Of a DNA stretch of 64,000 nucleotides, positions 20,298-36,044 are shown one piece after another. The notes under the pieces were generated by a model, which did not search any database, was not told where the DNA came from, and saw only the letters and a list, made by a program, of their open reading frames with translations. The DNA comes from the human T2T-CHM13v2.0 reference genome, Homo sapiens. The stretch lies in NCBI RefSeq assembly GCF_009914755.1, contig NC_060942.1; one strand, given 5' to 3'. A program made the translations under genes and the position numbers. Within the stretch, counting starts at the first letter, position 1, and each line of letters starts with the position of its first letter.

Positions 20298-20675
20298 TTC
20301 CACACACGGTTTTTGCGAAGAGAATTTCCTTGGAGATTACTGCACCCTACATGATACAAATTCCTCCCCACGTTCCCCTTCACAGGCAGGGCTTCTAATC
20401 TTGACAGTTCCCAGAGCAGCAGTCATGGCTATATCAGGCAATTATACCATTGGGAACATTAGGGCTGCTTTGTAAAACCATAAGCACCCAAGAACAGATA
20501 CTTTAAAAAATGTAAAAACAAGACAGCAGTGACAGCAGAAAGGACACAGCAGCTGAGTCACCTCACTGCATTTCTCCACATCCTAGCCCCTAGGAGGATG
20601 CTCTGCGGGGCCCACGGGAAGGGCTGAGTGCCACATGCCAGGGACCCCAGAGGTTGGCAAGAATGGCTTTGCCTA

Positions 20676-21062
<387 letters not shown>

Positions 21063-22096
21063 TCATGACTTAGTGAGAAATGGTCATTTTGGGGGTCCAT
21101 TGCTTGATTTTTTTTTTTAAATCTTCTTAAACAACTCTGAATTAAAATGTCTGAGAGAACACAGTGACTCATGCCTCTCCACTTCCCAGCTTTCCAACTG
21201 AGCAGCCCACTGGGTTGGAGGTATCTTGCCAAGAGGGAAGTATTTTTAATTTGGGCTTTATCTGTCACTCAGCTGTGGTCATAGAGACTGGCAGGAATGC
21301 ATGCAATTAGAAGAAGAAAGAACACCTTTATGATTCCATAATATTAGTATTTAATGCCTTTTGGATGTTTTGGATAGCAGTCTTGTGTAAAGAGACAAGA
21401 CATGAATACATGCAAAAGCAAATGAGAAAAGTCAGCATTTATAACACTATATTTGGGGATTCCAGAATTGGGTAATAGAGGACAAAAGTGTGCATCTCTA
21501 AGGAGTTATTTCTGTAGTTCAGTTCACAAACTGCAGAGTGGAATAAGCTTAGCAGATAGAAATAAGACATTCAGTTTTTTATTAGAAGAGAAACACACAT
21601 AATTTGGTAGGGCTATTTAAATTTTTGAGTCAAACGAATTTTGTTGGCATGATGACTTCAGCGAACCATCTGCAAGGCTATCTGAAAGGACTCTAAAATA
21701 AATGAAGGGATTATTCCAGTTTATTTTGTGGAAAGAAACATTTTCAACTTTTCAGGCTACTTTTTTTTTTTTTTTCCAGGAAACTTCAGGGGGTTAGAAT
21801 GCAGTTTTGCTTTGCTCTGTATACCTCCTTGTCAACAGCATTGTGCTTGTATGGTGCAGTATTATAGTTGCAATGAGTTATCTGTATTTATCCCTTAAAA
21901 ATTTGCTGGAAAATATGGAGCTAAACATATCATACTGATTTAGTCGCAGTATAATTCTTCATAAAAGGCTACTCTGCCCAAACCATCAGACCCCAAGGAG
22001 CATTAAAATATTGTTTCACCAAGGGCCCAGGACTTAAACACAATTCCAGACTCAAAATGTCATTTTAACTAAGGTGACCATATATCCCAGTATAAT

Positions 22097-22422
<326 letters not shown>

Positions 22423-22444
22423 TAATTATTAATGGTGCATTTTT

Positions 22445-22791
<347 letters not shown>

Positions 22792-23122
22792 TAAATGGCC
22801 AGCATGCATTTAATACCAGCCCTGAAGCTTGCAGGGTGATGGACACATAAGGGCCATTGTGTCTCCACACTCAGGAACAGCATTGATGTGCTTAATGAGG
22901 ACAGGCTGACTCCTTCCCTTCAGCCTTCCTGCAAAGAGCAAGCATCAACAGCTCCCGGGCAAAAATAAAAGGCCAAGGAGCTGGAAAATAGGATATAAAT
23001 TTTCTTACCCAAAGCTTTCTCACCAAAGCTTGTAGGTATGAAAACGTAATGTTAGTCTGCAAGCATAAATGTTGATGTTGGAGATGGAGCTTATCGAAGG
23101 CTTGCACATGTGAGACTCTGAG

Positions 23123-23130
23123 TGACGTCA
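23123..23130. promoter_or_regulatory. Full palindromic CRE (TGACGTCA)
   Basis: Exact motif in non-repeat sequence; function inferred only. Confidence 0.4.
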
Positions 23131-23771
23131 GTGATGTGTTGAGCAACATTGTGATCTGGATGCAGAGAGAAACTGAAGAGATGACAGAATGATCTGATAC
23201 AGACCACAGAGAGGCGACTCCAGCCAGAAGGGTATGTTGACTTACTAGGGGCAAGTAAGCAAGAAACTTCAGGAAAGCACACAGCCCTAAACTAATACGT
23301 CCTGGTAGAAAAAAGTTTCCCCAAATGAGAACTTGACAAAGAGGTATTCAAAAGAATACCAACATCTACAAGATATCAGTGCCACTGAGTTTGGGAATGG
23401 GCGGAAAAGGAATTTTAATATGGAATTTAAGAGAAGAACTGAGTTCAGCAAGGGAGAACTGAATGACATCAAAGTATTACGCATGCAATTGTGGGTTACA
23501 TGGAGAATATAATGGAGAAATGGGTTGTTAAGGGACTGATTAATTAGTAAGCCAAGATCTAGTATTTGTTTGCTTATCTCTTATTTACCCACCTGAACCC
23601 ACCTATCTGAATACAGTTTATATCTTAATATTTCATGACTCTTGCAAGTTCTCTCATTGTACCTCTACGCTCTAAGAAAAGAAAGGGAGAAAGACGGTGG
23701 TGTGAAGATCTCTATCTTTGGAAGAGAACTACTTCTCATGCTTTTGATGGAAGCAGAAGAAAATGGACCCT

Positions 23772-24089
<318 letters not shown>

Positions 24090-24234
24090 CTAGATTATCT
24101 TGTGCATGTCTTTTCATTGCGCTTAGAATACTACACTGTAATCGTGGATATATTTGTCTGTTTTCCTGCATTGGTGCTGCGTTCCTGGAAGGTAGAAATC
24201 AGTTTCTATGAAGGCAAGGATTATGTCTGCCTGA

Positions 24235-24764
<530 letters not shown>

Positions 24765-25479
24765 TAATTCCTATCTGAGCAAGAACACACATCTGACCGT
24801 TGTAAAACAAAATGTTTTTTATTGTGAGAGCTGTGAATTCACCAAGTTGAAGTTCATATGGGGTGATCTTTACCCATTTTGCCTGAGTGGTATCAGGGGT
24901 GGAGGAGTCATGTCTTCCTACCCTAGCGCCCAGGATTCCAGCTTCTTGTCAAGGCTCCCTGCAAAGGACAATACAAGTGTCTCATTTCTGCTCCGTTTCC
25001 TGCCTCTTCCTCTCCAAGAGCACCTTCAGGAAGGGTGGAGGATGAGGGAATCTGTTTGCGATGGGCATCTGGACTTAAGTGGCTTTAAATTTTGGGGCAC
25101 ACTCTACAACAAGAATTTAAAAGCTTAAGTAAGCACAATCGTAAGTAAGCTAAAGCTTGGAAATGGTAATGAAGGAAAAGGATACAAAAGGACCTGAATT
25201 AGCTTTTTCTTGGAGAAAATAAATTGTAAGAGCGTACTTGACAGTACGCGTAAAGAGACTCCTCATTGTGACTCAGATATGACTTTCTGAAGCTTCTCTC
25301 CCAGGTGCACATTAGGTGGAAGGAAGAAGGGAGAGAGGACCAGGTTTCTTTAAAAACAGATTTTTCAGGGAAATCTCTGTCTGCCTTTGAGATGCCTTAC
25401 ACCTCTTCAAAAGCCTACAGTTTGGTTGAATCCACTCTCCAAAAAGACTGGGACAGAAAAAAATTTACAAAGTCTATTT

Positions 25480-25635
25480 GTTTAGTTAATTTATTCAACA
25501 AATATTTACTGAGTATTTATTATATGCCAGATACTGGTTATACAACCGTGGAAAAAACATAGTCCTTCCTTCAAAGTGCTCCTATAAATATACACTTGCA
25601 AATGATGGCAAGTGCTATGAAGAAAAACTACATAG
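25480..25635 (-). mobile_element. L2 3'-end fragment
   Basis: ttattcaacaaatatttactgagtatttattatatgccagatactg is the typical L2 3' end. Confidence 0.7.
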
Positions 25636-27009
25636 AAGAACCCAAGTCCTGGGCCTAAATAAAATGAGAAAGCTGCCGTGCAACCTGACATGCACTCCAA
25701 CCCCCTACACACCTTCCTTCACTCTGTGCTGGCCCAATCTGCCTCCAAATATTTACCGAAGACACCCCTTTAGGAGCCTTCCTAAGACTGAAGAATGTAT
25801 TTTAAGAATGCTTCACTATACACCAGTAAACCACAGAGCAGTATTGTGCCAGCTCCTTTGATCTGATAAGCTTTGTTCGAATGTGAGCTGAACTGTTAGC
25901 ATGTTTGACCTGAAGTTGAGTTCTCAACAACGTACCAGTAGAGTTGAAAGTAATTGCACATGTCCACTGTATACAATCCCTTGGTCATTTAGGGAGACAG
26001 TACACCAGGCTTTTCAACATTTTTTCAGTCTGTGCAGAACATGTACATTTGCACTGGGTCCTAGAGACTCACTGTAAAGCAGCAGTGCAGAAATTGAAGA
26101 TTTAGCACATGGTATTGACATGAAAAGTCAATGGAAAAAGTAGGTTTCCATGCAAGACTGTGAACCCCTCCAGGGCAGGCACGATTTCCCCCAGCCCTGC
26201 ACCCGGGGTTTGGCACAGAGAAGTGTTCAGTGTTTGCGGGACTGAAGGATTCAATAATACTTGATATTCCTCTTTTCTCTGCATTCCTACCGTTGCCATG
26301 CCCAGTTAATACTGGAATTAGAAGTAGACAGCATGGGCATAAGGGTATGATCTCCTGCCTCTGAGATCTAAGGAGCCCAGGACAGGCCCAAACCTGGTTT
26401 CCTTTATACATCAGTTCACAAAACTAAAACTCAGGTCTATAGAAGATGAATTACTGCTACTCCTACAGCCAATGAGAAGCACATTTAAAATAGGGAGCTG
26501 CTATTTTCTGTAGTGGAGGAAGTGATTCTTCCTGTGTGGCTACGTTTAGCACATATAGCTTGGGACATGGATGGATTTATGCTTCTCTGTGCAGTGGGCT
26601 CTCTCCATAAATACCCAATGGTCTTTCATTTTACACTAGGAAAGACAAGCTACCAAAACGGAACACTTCTCACACACTCTTATCCTACTCCTACCAAAAG
26701 GAAGGAATATTTAGGGAAAATGATTTGAGGGGCTGGGACTCAAGACTCCTTGTGATAAAAAATTCTCACCTGCCCCTGCAGATTTTTGATAGGGGCCCTA
26801 CGTCATCCCCCGCCCTTTCTCCTCCACACCCAGCTTCAGGCTCTGCAGAGGGACATGAATTTGAATTTTTGTTTGTTTGTTAGTTTATCAAGAAGAGGTA
26901 TAGGTTTAGAAGGTTAAAGACTCTGGTCTAATGTTCTCCCCACTGTTCCCAGAAAAGCTCCCGTCAAGGACGGTGTCAATGACTGTGGAGAGGAAAGCAC
27001 AGCCCTCTT

Positions 27010-27420
27010 TTACTTATTTATTCCATATATATTTTTAAAGCATTCACTATAGATGTCACTGTTCTAAGAGCTGGAGGCATAGTAGTGAACAAGACAGAAA
27101 AATTTTTTGGCTGGAATTGAGATGACAAATACACAAGTGAATATTTAATTTCATGTGGCAGTAAGTGTCATGAAGAAAAAGTAAGCATTGCAAAGGACAA
27201 GAGATTGACTTGGGGCAGAGCCAAGTGGCCATGAGACAGAGATGTGAACATGGAGTTGGGAGGTGGAGGAAGGACTCCAGGCACGGGTGTAGGGGGTGGG
27301 TGGAAGCAGCGCCAGAGCCCTAAGGCAGGAACAAGCTCGCTGGGTTCCAGAAGGTCAGAGCTCTCCATGTGTGGGTCATGGTTCCCTGGTGAGTGTCTAA
27401 TAAGTAACAGGTGTTCCTGA
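27010..27420 (-). mobile_element. L2 fragment
   Basis: agcattcactat…ctaagagctggaggcatagtagtgaacaagacaga…ccaggcacgg…gccctaaggcagga pattern. Confidence 0.6.
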
Positions 27421-28013
27421 GAAGGTGGCACACAGAGGTCAGAGGGCAGGGCTAGGGAAACACGGGAGTGAGGGCAAGAAGAAGGCCAGTGCGTCTGCAA
27501 CAGAAGAGTCCAGAAACACGACAGAGGAAGTCAGAGAGCCAGGAGGGGCCGCCCTGGGCAAGGTCTGGCAGAGACTTGGCTATAAACACGATGATCTCAG
27601 CCACAGAGTGTAAGAGGGCAGCACAAAGGGAAGTAAAAACAAAGCCAAGGGCATATCCTTGTTGTTTCAGGCATTTAAATCTGATAAGAACTTGATAACT
27701 GGAGAGAATAAAAGCTACAGCTTGATGCCCCTTCTGTAATGACTCCAGTGATCAATGCTTTCATCATGCAAGTGAATCAGATCATATCACTATGAATGAT
27801 AAAAATTGTGTTAAAGAATAGCCAGGTAAATCGACCTGTTTATAAAATGTATATGCCCAATTAGTCTATTGGAACAAAAATAGAATGTAAAACAAAAAAT
27901 AAAAATACCCACCTAGGTGAGACAACTTCAACTTCAATCACCTAAAAGTGGCTCACGTATCCCACCCAGATCATCAGCTGTGTTGACTGTGGTGAGGAAT
28001 AAGACAGAAATCC

Positions 28014-28328
28014 AGCCGGGTGTGGTGGCTCATGCTTCTAATGCCGGCACTTTGGGAGGCTGAGGCAGGAGGATCACTTGAGCCCAGGAGTCTGAGACCA
28101 GCCTGGGCAACACAGCAAAGCTCCATCTCTACAAAGAAAATTAAAATATTAGCTGGCTCAGTGGCACCACCTGTGGTCCCAGCTACTTGGGAGGCTCAGG
28201 TGGGAGGCTTGCTTGAGCCCGGGAGATCAAGGCTGTTGTGAGCCATGATCATGCCACTGCACTCCAGTCTGGGCAACAGAGTGAGACCTTGTCTCAAAAA
28301 GAAAGAAAAAGAAAAAAATAAAAAAAGG
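28014..28328 (+). mobile_element. AluJ
   Basis: TSD aagacagaaat at 28001-28011 and 28329-28339. Confidence 0.92.
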
Positions 28329-29039
28329 AAGACAGAAATGCATCGGAGTATGAGGTTGTGGTTTAGGGATGGGGAGTGTGGGGATGGGCTGTGGGAAGGG
28401 AGGCATACAGAAATGTATAAGGAGGCATGAGTCCTAACAAACTATTCCTGGGTTCTGGCTAGAGGTATTTTTGTGACGATCACACTGACCCCGGTGGGGT
28501 GGCATGGGGGGAGCATGGCCTGTTAATGGCTAGAAGTTTGGGTTTTCTTTCTGCTCCTGAAGGCTGAGGCTGCAAACCCAGAACACACACTTACTGAGTG
28601 GGGATCTCACTGCACTTTTTGCCTTCTCAATTCTCCTTGAGAAATGCAGCCCCACCTTTATTTCTTGAGTGTTCTAGAAGAGGTGGAAAACAGCCTGGAC
28701 TGTAGTGGGGGTCAGCCCAGCATCAGTGTGGTAGTGAGCAGGGGTGGACTTCGGGAGCAAGAGCAGCGTTTGCCGCGGGGCTTGCACTCCCAGCAGCTCA
28801 CCCGTCTCTGTCCTGACCCTCCCTACTGGGCACGCAGGGTCTCTGTAGCACTTGGCCGAGGCCTAGATACCCAGGGTTTCCCACTGGAAAGTCTCACCTG
28901 GGGCTCATGCTTCTCACCTGTACCTGTTAACTCCCACAAGGCACTCCTTACAGAACACCTCATGGAATTATTTAACCTCAGTTATTAAGAGCTAATAGGG
29001 ACCCATAGTGTTATTTTCTCCAAGTAGCGAATAAGCTCT

Positions 29040-29240
29040 GATTTTAAGCAGGCCCATTACAGGGAGACAATATGGTGCGTGAAATGGCAGTGGTGTCAGG
29101 GGGCTAATTACTGGGGAGCTTGTCAAGCCACAGAACTGGCCTGCTAATCATTCCTTGGCTTATTGCAGCTGACGTCATGGGGCTTTCCCACAGTGCATAT
29201 GGGAAAATGAAGGAGGCAATCACAAGTTTTAGTTAAAGTG
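29040..29240. promoter_or_regulatory. Candidate intronic enhancer (CRE, E-box, kB, RBPJ and homeodomain motif cluster)
   Basis: TAATTA 29105-29110, CAGCTG 29166-29171, TGACGTCA 29170-29177, GGGGCTTTCC 29179-29188, TTCCCACA 29185-29192, CATATG 29196-29201. Confidence 0.5.
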
Positions 29241-30844
29241 CTTAAGTTACTACTTTCTGTAGCTAGCAGGACTATAAGTTTAAGCAAGTGCACCGAAAAG
29301 ATAGAAGCGGAATCAATTCACTCCTAACTGACTTACCCAGTTGGAAAGGCAAATTCGTGGGAGTGAAGTTGTTCTACTGGTACTGTTTCCTTTACAGAGT
29401 TATCCTTCAGATGTGTTCAGAAGGATGGGGCAGGACACAGTGAATATTTGCAAAAGCTCTAGTACTGGCCTTTAAAGCTGTTATTCTTTTCAATCAATCC
29501 TCATCAAACCCTGCCTTGGTGCAAAAACCAGATGCAGACTATTGGGAGATCTATATACACAGGATAGACCCTGAACCACCAACAAGTACAGCCTGGGTTC
29601 GTGTGGACTCAGGACCATTCTACCGTTTCTCTGTTTCCCTGCTTCTTTGCTGCTGTTCACAGCCGGATCAGCTGAGCTACAGTTTGCACAGCTGCAACTG
29701 ATTGGACTCCCAGTTGCCTTTTCCAGAACATGCAATTGGTGCCATAATCTACAAAAGAGATATTAACCCCACAACTGAGGAGATTAGGAGCAAAGAATGA
29801 TAAGAATGAGGACAAGGTCAATCCAAGATGGATGGCGTTGAAGGCCTGTGGACACATCGCTCAGATAACTGAAGTTTTTACAGTAATTGGAAAGATTTGT
29901 GCATGTGGGGGAGGCTTCAGTCTAAAAGGGGAAATGAGTAAATGTTACAGTGGCTTGTTAGTAGTTAGAAGAATGAGCATGTGCAAATTGCTGTTTGGGA
30001 TCAAATTAAGGCATATGGTATAAGATAGAAGTATGCTCAGTGGAGGCAGAAGCAATAAGCGGCACATTGATGAATTATGCCTTTGCTTATACTTCTATTT
30101 TCAGAATTTGCTTTAGGTCTTCCACTTGATTGTATCTTCAGTAATCATAAGTATTTGGTGGTCCTTCCTCTGATATGAAGCGTGACACTTGTGTGATAGA
30201 AAGAAACATGTTTATGACACAGAGCACTCAGGAGAGCCTGGCGCACTGCAGATGTTCAGTGGGTGTCCACGGTGGGACTGCTGTGCAGAGTACTCACATT
30301 TGAACATATGGGAAATCCAAAAATAAAAGGTTTTGAGGATGATTTACCATGTTGGATTACATAGGAAAACAGGCAGCCAAGTGGGGACACTGTCAGGATT
30401 CCGCCCTATTCTGAAACACCCACATATCCTCACAGCATCGTCCGAGGATGTGCCCTGGGAAGCCGACTTGATCAACCAATTCTGTTCCAATGCTTCTGGA
30501 GGTACGGTGTTAACATCAGAAACAATTTCTTAGGAAAGAATTTTATCTAAGCACCACAAGTTTCTTAATCCCCTTTTTTAAAAAAACAATTTTGATTCGA
30601 AATTAATTCCAGGGGAGACAGATATGGGTGTCCTGTTCAGTCATATAATCCTATGAAGACTTTCCATGGAAGCAAAGCAAAACAACGTATGATTTTCTAA
30701 GACAGTTTAGGGTTTTCTGCTATGCAGCTGAAATCTAGAAGAGTCGTTTTTGGAAAGAATCACTACAAACTACATGCTGTTTTGAATAGTCCATTGTTTC
30801 TCAAACACAGCCATAGGTTGTGCATGAGTAGATGGATGTATAGC

Positions 30845-30922
30845 CCCAGAAGGGATGGAAATACAATCCCAGAAGGGATGACGGTACAACCCCACAAGGA
30901 TGGAGATGCACCCCCAAATGGG
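30845..30922. repeat. Degenerate ~23-bp minisatellite (about 3.5 copies)
   Basis: cccagaagggatggaaatacaat / cccagaagggatgacggtacaac / cccacaaggatggagatgcacc. Confidence 0.65.
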
Positions 30923-31096
30923 AGGCTCTGGATAACACGTACAGTTCCTATTAATGTTCATGACAAAACCTAAGCACTAGGCTGAAAATCAGCTTTGGTT
31001 TGCTCATCATCTTGGGTTGAAAGCCTCCTGTTGCACACATTCAGCTTGACTGCCACAGCATACTAATAGGTTTAAAAGAATTAGCTGATTACGTGG

Positions 31097-31391
31097 TTTT
31101 TTTTTTTTTTTTTTTTTTTTTAGAGGGAGTCTCGCTCTGTCATGCAATGGTGTGATCTTGGCTCACTGAGACCTCCACCTCCCAGGTTCAAGAGATTCTC
31201 CTGCCTCAGCCTCCCCGAGTAGCTGGGATTATAGGCACGTGCCACCACGCCTGGCTAATTTTTGTATTTTTTAGTAGAGACGGGGTTTCGCCATGTTGGC
31301 CAGGCTGGTCTCGAACTCCTGACCTCAAGGTGATTTGCCTGCCTCTGCTTCCCAAAGTGCTGGGATTACAGGTGTGAGCCACCACGCCCAG
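31097..31391 (-). mobile_element. AluS with small deletion
   Basis: Poly-T plus reverse-complement dimer. Confidence 0.9.
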
Positions 31392-32723
31392 TAAGGTTTT
31401 AAAATTCCGCAGACAACACTGCAGATGTAGTTTCTCTTTCTTTTAGATGAAGGCTTCACAATGCTTTGAAGTAACTTGTCCTACAAAATATGGGTTGGGA
31501 ATTACCAGCCTTTGGTACTCTTGTCCAAGGCAGTGTAACCATATGAATGGAAGAAGCTCAACTGCTTATTTCTAGGTTCTCATTCCTGCCACATTCCCTC
31601 AAACAGAGAGTTCCAGAAGAACATGGGTCAGAAAAGAGAGAACTGGTGAGCATGGCTGTTTTTACTTTTCCTAAAGTTTCCCCTAGAGCTGTTGGAATGG
31701 GTGAGAAATGGACAAATGCCTTTGAGCTCTCTCTGGAAAAGAGCAAGAAAAAGGGAAGGCAAAGGAAAAGTCAAGGAAGAGGTTGGAGAAGGGAAAGGCA
31801 CAGGCTGCAATGAATGTCACCAGCTAACTCAGTAGCACTATTCCTACTAGAGCTTGCACAGTGCTGCACTGAGGTGTACAGGTGTACGAGAAAGCATTAT
31901 CCTTTGTTTCATTGCTTTGACACAGCTCACAATGCAAGGTTTCTTAATCCTCTTTTAGCGTAGGTTTGTCAATATCACTTTCTCTCTGAATGGATAACGA
32001 TGATGATGATTTGCCATGACTCTTCACAATTCCACCCAGCACTTCACTTTTCCTATTTTCGAGAGCACTTTCCCTTTCTGAAAACACAGATGGTTTACAC
32101 TATTATATTAGGTCGTGGCTGTGACAGAAACCTTTTTTTCTTACCATAATTGCTTGGGGAGTTTTTCTGGCTGGAACACAGGTACAACTGAAAGCATGCC
32201 CTTGAGAGCTGAGCTTTTGTTAGAGTAAGGACTACAAAGGCATGGATTTATATTTTTAAAGACACCATGAACTGGTTTTATGTAGCTTTATTCCTTTGTC
32301 CTAAACTCCCTCCACTTCAAAAACCACCTGCAACTGTGGTTTGCAAATTAACTGCCTCTGACATCTGAAGAGGGGGAAAAAAGCCCTACAAAAATCTACA
32401 AAACCTCACTTGCTACCAGTATGAGGGTAAAGGAAAGCAAGGGAAAGAATATTTTTTAAAAATTTAGTATTGATTTTTAAAAAGAATTCTTTACTAGAAG
32501 ATGTTATATACTTAGATAAATAACAATAGCATAGCAGCACCTTTCTGGAGATCATCTCCAATGATCCTGCCCAATCACTGAATCCAAAAGATTTCATTTA
32601 GTCAAGAAAACTAATATAAAAAAGGTGAAACCTGAAGGATATGCTGACATGAGATGTACTATTGCTTCCAGTAGGACCAAACCAATGAAACACTAGCTAT
32701 TTCTTTATTAAAAATAGTTTCTT

Positions 32724-32995
32724 GGCTGGATATGGTGGCTCATTCCTGTAATCCCAGCATTTTGGGAGGCTAAGGTGGGAGGACTGCTTGAGACCAGCCT
32801 GGGCAATATAGTGAGACCTTGTCTCTAGAAAAAATTTTTAAAATTATCTGGGCATGGTGGCTTGTGCCTGTGGTCCTAGCTACTCAGGGGGCTGAAGTGG
32901 GAGGATTGCCTGAGCCCAGGAGGCTGATGCTGCAGTGAGCTGTGATTGCATCACTGCACTCCAGCCTGGGTGACACAGTGAGACCCTGTCTCAAA
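32724..32995 (+). mobile_element. AluJ with deletion
   Basis: Dimer with J-type gcctgagcccaggagg. Confidence 0.88.
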
Positions 32996-33293
32996 TTTTT
33001 TTTTCTTTTATTATAAAAGCGAAACATGCACACCTCAGAACATTTGAAAACTAAAGTATAAGGAGAAAAACAAAACCATTTTGGTTCCAATATCAAAGAT
33101 AATCACTTTAACATTCTAGTGCATTTCCTTCTAGTATTTTTTTTTTCCTGAGCAAAAATTCTTGACACATTCTGAGTTATGTGTGTATGTACAAAAACAC
33201 ACTATTTTGGATACTGTTCCCATGTCCTGTGGATTTCTAGTTTAATATAATACCAAAGTCCTCTCCTTTCCCATATTATTATAAACTTTTTTA

Positions 33294-33436
<143 letters not shown>

Positions 33437-34635
33437 TTTTTTAGAGAGTGGGTTGTTTCTTATGGCTTGGAGCGGTGCAAAGAGGGTGAGTTTGCCTTTT
33501 TTTTTTTTTTTTTTTTTTTAGTGGAAATTCAAAACAAGGAAGAGACCTCCATCCCAGCAGCTTTATACTATCTTGTAAGCCTTTTGGAATATGCTGCATT
33601 TCAAAAGAAAACTAGAAAAAAATAGAAAGAATATATGTTGATGCAAATCCTCTATAGATTTTCTCATAGTTTTATATTCACTCTAGAAATGTGATCAGCA
33701 GTCCATGAAATCTCTTTAGTTAGATGTTTATAGACAGAGATTTGAGACCAGGTTAGTACCAAGGTTGTATTAGCCCCACTTAGTTATCACAGGTAAGAGA
33801 GGGAACAGGAAAGAAGGGTGGGTAGGAATTTCACCTCCACGGGGCTTTGGACAAGAAAGTGCAGAGAAAGAACACGAAGTGGATGAACAGCCTGAGAAAG
33901 AAAAGGAAGGCTTTCTCTGCAGAAGTTAGCACTTACCAGTCTCTTGGATTCTTGCTATCACCCATTTCTAGAGGTTCTTTTTTTTCCAAGTAAGAAGTTA
34001 TTGAAACTTTGTTCCTCAAAGTGGTTTGGGGTGACATGTGACCACCCCACTGTCTCTGAAATGAAGTGGTTTATTTTCAGGTGACTGAAAAAACAGTAAA
34101 GAATTTTATGCTTCTGTGGAGACATCAGAGTCATCCCAGAAAGCTACAGCGTTCACTGGAGCAGCAAATTTCCAGAGGAAATCTTATGTTCTCACCTCTC
34201 AATTAACAGATATTCATGGGGCAAATTCTATGTACAAGAACTATAGATTTTGTGTTTAGATGGCTAATTGCTGAACCACTGCAAAGCTACAAAGTGACTG
34301 GTATTTAAAGTCTTTAACTCCTTGTAGGGTCACAAGGTAGTAGCTGAGATCTTATATTAGAGTGGTAGGAAGTAGGAACTTCAAGACTGCTACGTGCCAA
34401 AGTCAAGTGCTTGCATCCTATTTATTTAACTAATTTAGAAAGTGTTATGGGCTTTTGGATTGTGAGTTTCTCGTTCTCTTTTTCTGAGAACGAGAACAGC
34501 TCTTCATGTTTCAGGTTACCAATTTTTAAATAAAAAGAAAGTTGCTTTAATTTGTGTCAGTTTAACCTGGATTTATGTCAACATTCTTTTTATTTAAAGG
34601 GATATAGCAAATGCACCATTAATAAAACCAGAAAA

Positions 34636-34780
34636 GGCCCGGTGCAGCGGCTCATGCCTATAATCCCAGCACTTTGGGAGGCTGAGGTGGGCGGATCACG
34701 AGGTCAGGAGCTCGAGACCAGCCTGGCCAAGATGGTGAAACCCCGTCTCTATTAAAAATACAAAAATTAGCCAGGAGTGG
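34636..34780 (+). mobile_element. 3'-truncated AluS (left arm plus linker)
   Basis: ggcccggtgcagcggctca…aaaaatacaaaaattagccagg. Confidence 0.88.
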
Positions 34781-35043
34781 TCTTATATCAATAAGAGGCA
34801 CTGTGTGCTGGGTACAGTGGCTCAGTGTAACTTTGACTGGCCTCCCCTTTGTGACTGTCCATGTGAAAGTTGGGTCATGTTTGATGGGGGCATTTCTAGG
34901 ATGCGTGGAAGAAATATTTTTTGTATTCAACAAGCAGATGATGTTATATGATGGAGATGAAACAGTGCCTGCCCAACTATCCACCTCTAAGGAAACCGCC
35001 TTGCCCAAAACCCCCACTGACAGAATTGTGGCCATTTGTGTCA

Positions 35044-35478
<435 letters not shown>

Positions 35479-35741
35479 CTAAAAGTTTCTAAATTATATT
35501 TGACATTTGAAGCAGAAAGTATAACATTGTGTGATGTAACTCTTCATGTATGTGTAGGAAATATTTAAGATAATTTTAAGTTGGAGAGGGCAAAGAGACT
35601 TGAAGGGAGGTAAGGTTTCTATACTTCATCCAACTGGCAAAATGTGGATACTAGGAGATCTTTGTGGTGATGGAATGGTTCTACATCTTGATTATAGTGG
35701 TGGATACAGAAATCTACACGTGATAAAATTATGGACTATTT

Positions 35742-36044
35742 GGCCAGGTGCGGTGGCTCGCACCTGTAATCCCAGCACTTTGGGAGGCCGGGGTGGGCGG
35801 ATCACGAGGTCAGGAGATCAAGACCTGATACAGCAAAACCCTGTCTCTACTAAAAATACAAAAAATTAGCCGGGTGTGGTGGCGGGCACCTGTAATCCCA
35901 GCTACTAGGAGGCTGAGGCAGGAGAATGGCATGAACCTGGGAGGCAGAGCTTGCAGTGAGCTGAGAGCGCGCCACTGCACTCCAGCCTGGGCGACAGAGC
36001 AAGACTCTGTCTCAAAAAAAAAAAAAAAAAAAAAAGAAAGAAAG
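35742..36044 (+). mobile_element. AluY/Sc-like with small rearrangement
   Basis: gatcacgaggtcaggagatc and gaatggcatgaacc; A tail. Confidence 0.9.

Noticed and set aside
29185-29205. TTCCCACA…ATGGGAA as a paired Notch/RBPJ (SPS) site
   Set aside because: Orientation is tail-to-tail with short spacing, whereas SPS sites are head-to-head with about 15-17 bp spacing.
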